NCBI GenBank assembly: GCA_965276005.1
Contig: OZ254962.1
Span: 2,564,455-2,628,454 of the forward strand
DNA length: 64,000 nucleotides
Direction of reading: 5' to 3'
Origin: Alphaproteobacteria bacterium
GTDB lineage: Bacteria > Pseudomonadota > Alphaproteobacteria > JAQWUY01
The notes under the pieces were generated by a model, which saw only the letters and a program-made list of their open reading frames with translations, had not been told where the DNA came from and made no database searches. Positions 19,977 through 27,420 of this stretch are shown one piece after another (position 1 is the stretch's first letter; each line of letters begins with the position of its first letter). Position numbers and translations under genes: made by a program.

Positions 19977-20283
19977 GGGGAAATCTATATCCTTTATATC
20001 GAATCGAACAGGGGCGGACGGATTATATACACCCTGTGTGGCAAAATAATGCCTCGTAATGTCCGTCGATATTTTGCGTTATTGGGTACTTTTAATGTTT
20101 GATTTTTATCGATTCGATTTTTTGTATGCCTTTTAATGTCTGTGTAATATCTGGATTTATAGGTTTATACATAAGATTTTCGACAGCCAGTACGATTTGT
20201 TTGTCAAGTACAAAAAACAAGATTTATGTATTTTTTTCTATTGTCAAAAATCTCTTGTTCATATATGTTTAGGGTCAGTCATA

Positions 20284-20328
20284 GCACTATATATGGTACA
20301 GAGTTGGAAATGGTACACTATATAGGCA
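20284..20328 (+). promoter_or_regulatory. Two NrdR-box-like sites (gCACTATATATGGTac and gtACACTATATAGGca), 30 bp apart, upstream of nrdA
   Basis: Resemble the NrdR consensus acaCwAtATaTwGtgt, and the tandem ~3-helical-turn spacing is typical of NrdR operators. They lie ~250 bp from the nrdA start, which is unusually far. Confidence 0.35.
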
Positions 20329-20571
20329 TAATATCAGACAGTTAAACGATATCAGTGAGATTCGGTACGGGTTGGTCGAACCTGTGGCGGTGGTGCGAGT
20401 TGTTCGAGCCAGCGGTCGTGGTAGTCAAGTCGGTAGTCTGTGGTTGTCAAGTCAATGGTCTTGGTGGTCAAACTAGTAATGGTAGGTGGTATTGTGTCTG
20501 CGAGGATACGGTATTATTAAGGAGTAGCTATAAGCTTTGTTTTTAGTGAAAATGGAGTTTGCATAATATGT

Positions 20572-23271
20572 ATGGAGTGGGATAAGGGTATGGATTTATC
20601 GACAATTAAGGTCATAAAACGCAACGCAGAACAGGTACAATTTAACAATGACAAGATCGCCAGTGCTGTAAAAAAAGCGTTTATGGCGGTGGTGCACGAA
20701 TCGGATGCAGATATTTCGCAACAGCAACGGGTACAGATTGCCGATGCGGTGACCGATATTACAGATGCGGTCAGCAAGCGGTTGTCGGTAAATGCCCAGC
20801 ATGGCGGGGTGATATTTTTAGAAGACATCCAAGACCAAGTGGAACTTGCCCTGATGCGTTCGGGTGAATACGAGGTTGCCAAAGCCTTTGTATTGTACCG
20901 AGAACAACGGGCAAGACAGCGCCAGCAATCGGAAAAATTGCAGGTCGCTATGGGTACCAAAGTGGCATCGATGCAGGTGGTAAAACGGGACGGCAGCAAA
21001 CAAGCGGTTAGCCTCGATAAAATCACCAATCGGGTACGGGCGTTGGCACATGGGCTCGACACCGACCCCATTGTAGTCGCACAAAAGGCGGTTGCCGGCT
21101 TGTTTGATGGCATCACCACTGAGGAAATCGATACTTTTTTATCGGAAACAGCGGCGGCGTTGACGGTGGAAAATCCAGATTATTCCTATGTCGCCGCTCG
21201 TATTAAAGTCAATGCCTTACACAAACAAACAAATGGCTTTATCGCCGCCACCCACGCTTTATATCGAGACGGATTGTTGCATGATAGCTATTACAATATG
21301 GTTGTCGACAATGCGGATGCTATTGCTGCGATGATCGATTATGAACGGGATTATAATTTTGATTACTTTGCTTTAACCACCTTGATTAAAGCCTATTTGT
21401 TACGGGTTGACGATGTGTATGTGGAACGCCCACAAGATATGTTTATGCGTACCGCTTTAACCTGCGGCTGTGGTGAGGTGTTCGATGCGGATGCGGTGGC
21501 AAACACTTACGATATGATGGCAAACGGCTACTATACCCACGCCACCCCCACTTTGTTTAACAGCGGTTTGAAAATGCAGCAGCTGTCGTCTTGTTTCCTG
21601 ATTTCTATGGAAGACGATTCCATTGAGGGTATTTTTAACACCATTAAAGATTGTGCCTTGATTTCTAAGACAGCGGGGGGGATTGGCTTACATGCCCACA
21701 ATATCCGGGGGGCGGGGTCGCTTATTAAGTCCACCAACGGCAAATCAAATGGGTTGATTCCATTTTTAAAAATCTTTAACGAAACCGCTCGTTCTGTCGA
21801 TCAAGGCGGCGGCAAACGCAAGGGGTCTTTTGCGGTGTATTTGGAACCGTGGCATACGGACATCGAAGCGTTTCTGGAACTACGAAAAAACACCGGTGCC
21901 GAAGAGTTCCGGGCAAGGGATCTGTTTTATGCCCTGTGGATTCCCGACCTGTTTATGCAGCGGGTAGAAGCCGATGCCGATTGGACTTTGCTGTCGGAAA
22001 ACGATTGTCCCGGCTTGTGTGATACATACGGGGCAGAATTTAACACACTGTACGAAAAATACGAACAACAGGGGTGCGGTAAAACCATCAAAGCCCGTGA
22101 CCTGATGGCAAAAATTATCGAAGCCCAAATTGAAACCGGGCAACCGTATATGTTGTATAAAGATTCGATTAACGCAAAGTCGAATCAAAAAAATATTGGC
22201 GTGATTAAATCGTCGAATCTGTGTGCGGAAATTGTTGAATATTCTGACAGCAAAGAAACAGCGGTGTGTAATTTGGCGTCTATAGCCTTGCCTAAATGTA
22301 TCGATAAACACGGGGCGTACGATTATCAAAAACTGTATCAAGTGTCCCGTTTGGCAACCCGTAACTTAAACCGGGTCATCGATGTGAACTATTATCCAAC
22401 CGCAAAAACCGAGCGATCTAATCTCCGTCATCGCCCCATTGGTCTAGGTATACAAGGGCTTGCCGATGTGTTCTTTAAAATGCACATCGCCTATGACAGC
22501 GACACTGCCCGGGATATAAACAAAAAGATTTTTGAAACCATTTACTTTGGGGCAATAACCGAAAGTATGGAAATCGCCAAAGTCGACGGACCGTATGAGA
22601 CCTTTGCCGGATCGCCCATATCGCAGGGACAGTTCCAATTCGATATGTGGGGGATAACCCCATCCGGTATGTGGGATTGGGACTCTTTACGGGCAGATGT
22701 GCAAAAATATGGCGTACGCAATTCCTTAACCACCGCCTGTATGCCGACCGCATCGACGGGGATTATTTTGGGCAATACGGAAACTTTCCAAGTGCAGACT
22801 TCGAATATTTATAAACGCCAAACTTTGTCGGGGGAATTTTTGTTGGTCAATCGCTACTTGGTAAAAGACTTGATGCAGCGGCAGCTGTGGACAAAAGAAA
22901 TGCGGGACACTATCATTGTCGAAGACGGGTCGATTCAAAATATCCCAAACATTCCCGATGAAGTCAAACAGGTGTATAAAACCGTGTGGGAAACTTCACA
23001 GCGGGTGGTTATCGACATGGCGGCGGATCGCAGTCCGTATATCGACCAAACCCAATCGATGAATCTGTGGCTGGCATCGCCGACATTTTCACAGGTGGGA
23101 TCGATGCATATGTATGCGTGGAAAAAGGGCTTAAAAACCGGTATGTATTACTTGCGATCCCGTTCGGCGGTAAATGCGGTACAAATGACCGTATCCAATC
23201 CTGCCGATAGCCAAACCACACATACCATGAGTAATGATGAACTAGAGGATTGCTTAACATGCAGTGCTTGA
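20572..23271 (+). CDS. nrdA: Class Ia ribonucleotide reductase alpha subunit NrdA (ATP-cone + catalytic domain, C-terminal CxxC tail)
   Basis: ATP-cone VIKRNAEQVQFNNDKIASAV, NxCxE-type catalytic region (SSNLCAEI), C-terminal DCLTCSA. An alternative start is at 20590. Confidence 0.95.
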   Translation: MEWDKGMDLSTIKVIKRNAEQVQFNNDKIASAVKKAFMAVVHESDADISQQQRVQIADAVTDITDAVSKRLSVNAQHGGVIFLEDIQDQVELALMRSGEYEVAKAFVLYREQRARQRQQSEKLQVAMGTKVASMQVVKRDGSKQAVSLDKITNRVRALAHGLDTDPIVVAQKAVAGLFDGITTEEIDTFLSETAAALTVENPDYSYVAARIKVNALHKQTNGFIAATHALYRDGLLHDSYYNMVVDNADAIAAMIDYERDYNFDYFALTTLIKAYLLRVDDVYVERPQDMFMRTALTCGCGEVFDADAVANTYDMMANGYYTHATPTLFNSGLKMQQLSSCFLISMEDDSIEGIFNTIKDCALISKTAGGIGLHAHNIRGAGSLIKSTNGKSNGLIPFLKIFNETARSVDQGGGKRKGSFAVYLEPWHTDIEAFLELRKNTGAEEFRARDLFYALWIPDLFMQRVEADADWTLLSENDCPGLCDTYGAEFNTLYEKYEQQGCGKTIKARDLMAKIIEAQIETGQPYMLYKDSINAKSNQKNIGVIKSSNLCAEIVEYSDSKETAVCNLASIALPKCIDKHGAYDYQKLYQVSRLATRNLNRVIDVNYYPTAKTERSNLRHRPIGLGIQGLADVFFKMHIAYDSDTARDINKKIFETIYFGAITESMEIAKVDGPYETFAGSPISQGQFQFDMWGITPSGMWDWDSLRADVQKYGVRNSLTTACMPTASTGIILGNTETFQVQTSNIYKRQTLSGEFLLVNRYLVKDLMQRQLWTKEMRDTIIVEDGSIQNIPNIPDEVKQVYKTVWETSQRVVIDMAADRSPYIDQTQSMNLWLASPTFSQVGSMHMYAWKKGLKTGMYYLRSRSAVNAVQMTVSNPADSQTTHTMSNDELEDCLTCSA

Positions 23272-23495
23272 ATACATATAACACAGTAGAAAGAAGGTCG
23301 AAAAAATGATTCTTAACAGTCATGCCAAACTAGGGGATTGCTTAATATGCAGTGCTTGAATACATATAACACATTAGAAAGAAGGTCGAAAAAATGATTC
23401 TTAACAGTTGTGCCAAACTAGGGGATTGCTTAATATGCAGTGCTTGAATACATATAACATAGTAGAAAAAAGGTCGAAAAAATGATTTCTAAGGG
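23247..23495 (+). repeat. Three tandem 88-bp repeats spanning the nrdA stop and nrdB start. Each unit carries the nrdA 3' end (DCL[TI]CSA-stop), a ~40-nt spacer and the nrdB RBS+ATG
   Basis: Units at 23247, 23335 and 23423 (period 88) differ by ~4-6 substitutions each. Copies 1 and 2 contain 17-codon mini-ORFs MILNSHAKLGDCLICSA. Confidence 0.9.
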
Positions 23496-24477
23496 GTGTA
23501 CTTCTATTTTTCCTTTGCAGTATCCGGAAATTTGGGATCGCTATAAGCTGCATGTGCAATCGTTTTGGACACCGGAAGAGGTGTCGTTTCAAGACGATTT
23601 ACGGGATTTACAAAAATTGGGCGTGGGTGAAAAACGCTTTATCAATCATGTGCTGGCGTTCTTTGCCAATTCGGAGGCAATGATTAACGAAAACTTAGCA
23701 TCTAGGTTTTATAAGGAAATTCTTATTCCAGAGGCACGGGCGTTTATATCGATGCAGATGTTAAACGAAACCATTCATGCCGAGACCTATGCGTTGCAAA
23801 TTGAAACCTATGTGCCGAACCAAGCGGAAAAAGACCAGCTGTTCGACGCTATCGAAAATGTCCCTTGTATCCACAAAAAAGCCCTGTGGGTGGGTAAGTG
23901 GCTGAGTGGCAAACAAAACTTATTAACCCGTCTTATCGGTTTTGGCTTGGTCGAGGGGTTGTTTTTTGCCGGCTCTTTTTGTGCCATTTATTATTTTCGC
24001 AAACGGGGATTGTTGCCGGGACTGGCGTTAAGCAACGACTGGATCGCCCGTGATGAAGGCATGCACTTTAGTTTTTCTGCTCTGATGTTTCGGACTTTGC
24101 GGCAAAAATACCTAAAGGGCACCCTTGACGATACCATGTTATCTGATGTAAACCTGATTTCTGGCGATGTGCCACAACAGGAATTTGAGCACATCGTACG
24201 GGAGGCACTGGAGTGCGAAAAAGAATTCGTGCGGGACGCTCTGCCCGTAGATTTAATCGGTATGAATGCGGACTTAATGTGCCAATACATCGAAGCAGTT
24301 GCCGATCGCATTGCCGATTTATTCGGCTTCGACCGGGTGTTTCACACAGAAAACCCATTCGACTTTATGCGGGCATTAGATGTGCAGAATGTGACCAACT
24401 TTTTTGAAAAGAGAGTATCCGAATACCAACGCCCCACAAACCGAGATTTATCGTTTAACGAAGACGAAGATTTTTAA
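23482..24477 (+). CDS. nrdB: Class Ia ribonucleotide reductase beta subunit NrdB
   Basis: Ferritin-like di-iron ligands (EAIHAETY, ...EGLFFAGSF...), 331 aa. Confidence 0.95.
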   Translation: MISKGCTSIFPLQYPEIWDRYKLHVQSFWTPEEVSFQDDLRDLQKLGVGEKRFINHVLAFFANSEAMINENLASRFYKEILIPEARAFISMQMLNETIHAETYALQIETYVPNQAEKDQLFDAIENVPCIHKKALWVGKWLSGKQNLLTRLIGFGLVEGLFFAGSFCAIYYFRKRGLLPGLALSNDWIARDEGMHFSFSALMFRTLRQKYLKGTLDDTMLSDVNLISGDVPQQEFEHIVREALECEKEFVRDALPVDLIGMNADLMCQYIEAVADRIADLFGFDRVFHTENPFDFMRALDVQNVTNFFEKRVSEYQRPTNRDLSFNEDEDF

Positions 24478-24492
24478 CAGACAGGATATATA

Positions 24493-25416
24493 ATGATGGG
24501 TGTATCAGAGAAAAACAGTTTTGGGCTTCGTAATGGTAAAAAAATTTATCACGGGTATAATGACGAACGCAAGGTAAAAGATAGAAAAGCTAAAGAAAAA
24601 ACAAGGCTTGGATATGAGTCATACGCAAAAGATTTTGAAAGAATCACGCATACTTTACCCGATAGCTATTTGAATTCCATTGTCTGTGGGGACAGTTTAG
24701 AAGTTTTAAAAAACATGCCAAATAATTGTATCGATATTGTGATGACTTCTCCTCCATACAATTTTGGGCTAGAATATAATACCCATTCGGATACGGACAA
24801 ATGGCATGACTATTTTGATATGTTATTTGCTATATTCGACGAATGTATTCGGGTGTTAAAATATAGCGGTAGAATAATAGTCAATGTGCAACCCCTGTTT
24901 TCTGACTATATTCCCACACATCATATAGTCAGCAAGCATTTTTTGGATAAAGGCTTAATTTGGAAAGGGGAAATACTTTGGGAGAAAAACAATTATAACT
25001 GTAAGTACACAGCATGGGGCAGTTGGAAGAGCCCAGCAAGCCCATACTTAAAATATACATGGGAATTCTTAGAAGTGTTTTGTAAGGGACATTTAAAAAA
25101 GAAAGGCGATAGTGGGAATATTGATATAACGGACGAAGAATTTAAAAAATTTGTCGTCGCCAAGTGGTCGATCGCCCCAGGACGGGATATGAAAAAATAC
25201 GGGCACCCCGCTATGTTTCCCGAAAAGTTAGTAGAAAGATGCCTTAAATTATTTAGTTTTAAAGGAGATATTGTGTTAGATCCTTTTAATGGCGTGGGAA
25301 CAACGACTTATGTTGCCAAATCTTTAAAAAGAAGCTATGTCGGGATCGATGTGTCCAACGAATATTGTATTACCGCACAAAATAGAATAGACAGCATGCA
25401 GCAGGAGTTGTTTTAA
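24493..25416 (+). CDS. Beta-class amino-DNA methyltransferase (motif IV SPPY before motif I FNGVGTT), probably N4-cytosine
   Basis: IDIVMTSPPYNFG ... HPAMFPEKLVERCLKLFSFKGDIVLDPFNGVGTT. AT-rich gene, 4-bp overlap with the downstream ORF. Confidence 0.85.
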   Translation: MMGVSEKNSFGLRNGKKIYHGYNDERKVKDRKAKEKTRLGYESYAKDFERITHTLPDSYLNSIVCGDSLEVLKNMPNNCIDIVMTSPPYNFGLEYNTHSDTDKWHDYFDMLFAIFDECIRVLKYSGRIIVNVQPLFSDYIPTHHIVSKHFLDKGLIWKGEILWEKNNYNCKYTAWGSWKSPASPYLKYTWEFLEVFCKGHLKKKGDSGNIDITDEEFKKFVVAKWSIAPGRDMKKYGHPAMFPEKLVERCLKLFSFKGDIVLDPFNGVGTTTYVAKSLKRSYVGIDVSNEYCITAQNRIDSMQQELF

Positions 25417-25417
25417 A

Positions 25418-26113
25418 ATGACCGTAAAAAATATCGATGCGATAATACAATATTATGAAAGTGTTGTGAAAACAGCAGATCAGACCGCCGAACATAATAA
25501 AGATCGGGCGTATGGTGGGTTTGTTCGAGCGACTAAAGGTGTGATGTTGGAAAATATAACAGAAAGTCTTATAAAAATAGCATGGCAAGAATTAGCAGCA
25601 GATGAAGGCAGACTGGTTATAAATAAAACAAAAATAAATATCCCCATTGTACAAGATTATATAGACAATATGCAAGATAATGAGATAAAACAATATATTC
25701 AAAAAAACATATCGGACTATACATTTAAATGTTCTGTCGATAAACATGTATACATCGATAACACATTTGTGTTGGCTGTAGAATGTAAGGCATATGCTGA
25801 AAATGCCATGTTAAAAAGAATATTGGTTGATTTTCATTTGCTTAAAACTATGCACCCAGATTTGCAATGTGTTTTGTTGCAACTGGAAAGTCAATTAGGC
25901 GGGGATTATGCACAGCTTGCTAAAAATCCTTTTGGGTCTAAGCCATCGCATACGCTTATGTCGTATTTTAATTTACAAATTTTAACCTTGCTTAAGGGTG
26001 AGAGAAAGGTAGATAGACCTATATACAAACCTGAGTATTACAAACCTTTATCAAAAACAAGGGTGCAGTATATTAAAAGTGAAATGAAACAATTACTAAC
26101 ACATTATTTATGA
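25418..26113 (+). CDS. Putative Type II restriction endonuclease (PD-(D/E)xK-like: D...ECK)
   Basis: Translationally coupled to the methyltransferase, and its ...VDKHVYIDNTFVLAVECKAY core fits D-x(n)-E-x-K. No other homology is recognisable by eye. Confidence 0.5.
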   Translation: MTVKNIDAIIQYYESVVKTADQTAEHNKDRAYGGFVRATKGVMLENITESLIKIAWQELAADEGRLVINKTKINIPIVQDYIDNMQDNEIKQYIQKNISDYTFKCSVDKHVYIDNTFVLAVECKAYAENAMLKRILVDFHLLKTMHPDLQCVLLQLESQLGGDYAQLAKNPFGSKPSHTLMSYFNLQILTLLKGERKVDRPIYKPEYYKPLSKTRVQYIKSEMKQLLTHYL

Positions 26114-26123
26114 GGAGAAGATC

Positions 26124-26378
26124 ATGCAATTTATTATATATTCAAAAGACAACTGTCCAAATTGTGAAAAAGCAAAAGCCCTAGTAATGGGGGCAGGACA
26201 TACACCACAGATTAAAAAATTAGGCGAAGATATTAGCCGAGAGGCATTTTTCGCCCGCTTTAGCAACGCCAAAACCCTACCACAAATAGAACTAAACGGC
26301 GAACACATCGGCGGTTTTTCCCAGCTAGAACAAACGATGGCAGAAAAAAAATTACACTTCGATAATGACGATTTTTAA
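26124..26378 (+). CDS. Glutaredoxin/NrdH-like small redoxin (CPNC active site)
   Basis: 84 aa, MQFIIYSKDNCPNCEKAKALV... thioredoxin-fold N-terminus, downstream of nrdAB. Confidence 0.7.
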   Translation: MQFIIYSKDNCPNCEKAKALVMGAGHTPQIKKLGEDISREAFFARFSNAKTLPQIELNGEHIGGFSQLEQTMAEKKLHFDNDDF

Positions 26379-26677
26379 TTAAATAAAGGGTGCCATAACA
26401 GATTTTGCAACGAATCTATGACATGTTGCCAATGGTCATCTTGATGTCAGCTCGCAGGAAAACCGTATCCACTAGCAAGACTGATATTGTCTTCACCTTT
26501 TCTGATATACGACAACAATATGTTATGTTTCCATTGGAGAGTAGGTATGGTTTTTAATATATAATTTAGAATTAATAACAAAGGGTATACAAATTTGCTG
26601 TTGTCAATAGTTCTGTACCCCCATGTTTGTGGAATTGTCACCGGTCTGTTTTGTTATAAAAAAATGGCACATAAAAA

Positions 26678-26707
26678 AGGGGGCGTACCATACGCCCCCT
26701 GTTTTTC
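26678..26707. terminator. Bidirectional Rho-independent terminator (GGGGGCGTA-cca-TACGCCCCC flanked by an A-run and a T-run)
   Basis: 9-bp perfect GC-rich stem, 3-nt loop; aaaaaa upstream, tgtttttct downstream. Confidence 0.8.
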
Positions 26708-26726
26708 TGCCCACAGGGCAAAGGTC

Positions 26727-26801
26727 TTATGACACGGCGAACGCCCCTGCGATTAGTACTGCGATTACCGCCAGACCTTTATAAAATACATTATTTTTCA
26801 T
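26727..26801 (-). CDS. Candidate 24-aa hydrophobic membrane peptide (MKNNVFYKGLAVIAVLIAGAFAVS)
   Basis: Perfect SD AAGGAGA 8 nt upstream of the ATG on the minus strand, single TM helix, ends at the bidirectional terminator. The ORF-track 71-aa version has no RBS at its first Met. Confidence 0.45.
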   Translation of the reverse strand: MKNNVFYKGLAVIAVLIAGAFAVS

Positions 26802-27130
26802 TTTAAATCTCCTTGTGATGGAAATTGCTATATGGGGTATTGCCCCTATTTTTAGCGTTGCAAGCCGCCCCACACCACGCTTGTACGACCAACCACCGTA
26901 CAACTGCACGACATGGGGAGCCCGCCCCTCGATTATATACACCTTTTTTTGTCGTTGTCAATGTGTGTTTTTTTGGTAATGGCTTTTTTTGATAAACAGG
27001 TGGTTACTTACCCATCTATTTTCCCATAGTAAGGGGGTGTTTTTCATGAAAACAGCCTTTATGGGGAAAAATGAGGTGTATATTTGCCAATATGTTATGT
27101 GCATTTCACGATAAGATAGGCACATATAAT

Positions 27131-27178
27131 CAAAAATAGAGTATTTTCACGAATAAATACTCTATTTTTACGGGGTTT
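27131..27178. terminator. Hairpin with 13-14-bp perfect stem (AAAAATAGAGTATTT-tcacgaat-AAATACTCTATTTTT) plus a T-run; bidirectional terminator-like
   Basis: Seen directly in sequence between the small peptide gene leader and the subtilisin promoter region. Confidence 0.6.
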
Positions 27179-27237
27179 ATGTGTATTTGGCGTAAAATTC
27201 CCCTACTTCGTCATCATTTTAAGGTATATGTGGTGCA

Positions 27238-27358
27238 GGTCATTTTCTTGACCGTATTTCAATTATTAACAAGTCATTTGTTTGACAATAAGTTTGGGTT
27301 ATCTAACGGGTCGTTTGTTCGACCATTCTTTGATTATTTGCAGATCATTTTCTTGGTC
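27238..27358 (+). promoter_or_regulatory. Array of four 16-bp direct repeats with inverted arms GGTC-N8-GACC (ggtcattttcttgacc, agtcatttgtttgaca, ggtcgtttgttcgacc, gatcattttcttggtc), spaced 34-37 bp, upstream of the subtilisin gene
   Basis: Copies at 27238, 27272, 27309 and 27343. Located 60-180 bp upstream of the ATG at 27421. Confidence 0.55.
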
Positions 27359-27420
27359 ACGCTTTGTGTATTCACAGTTTGATAACGAAACATTTGACAC
27401 AAGCGTAAGAGGCATTTAAC

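Noticed and set aside
19977-20200. TPP (thi-box) riboswitch upstream of thiO on the minus strand
   Set aside because: I searched both strands for the CUGAGA ... ACCUGAUC ... GCGUAGGGA core. Only a partial TGAGA...GAACCTG lies on the plus strand, with no P1/P2 elements, so there is no convincing match. The riboswitch presumably sits upstream of thiC elsewhere.
20355-20546. ORF 20355..20546 (+), 63 aa, in the nrdA leader
   Set aside because: Its Gly/Trp/Val-rich translation is a product of the G+T-skewed leader. There is no RBS, so the region is more plausibly regulatory.
26727-26942. 71-aa version of the minus-strand small ORF
   Set aside because: Only the internal Met (26801) has a Shine-Dalgarno sequence. 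The upstream 47 codons look non-coding (Arg/Gly-rich, no signal).
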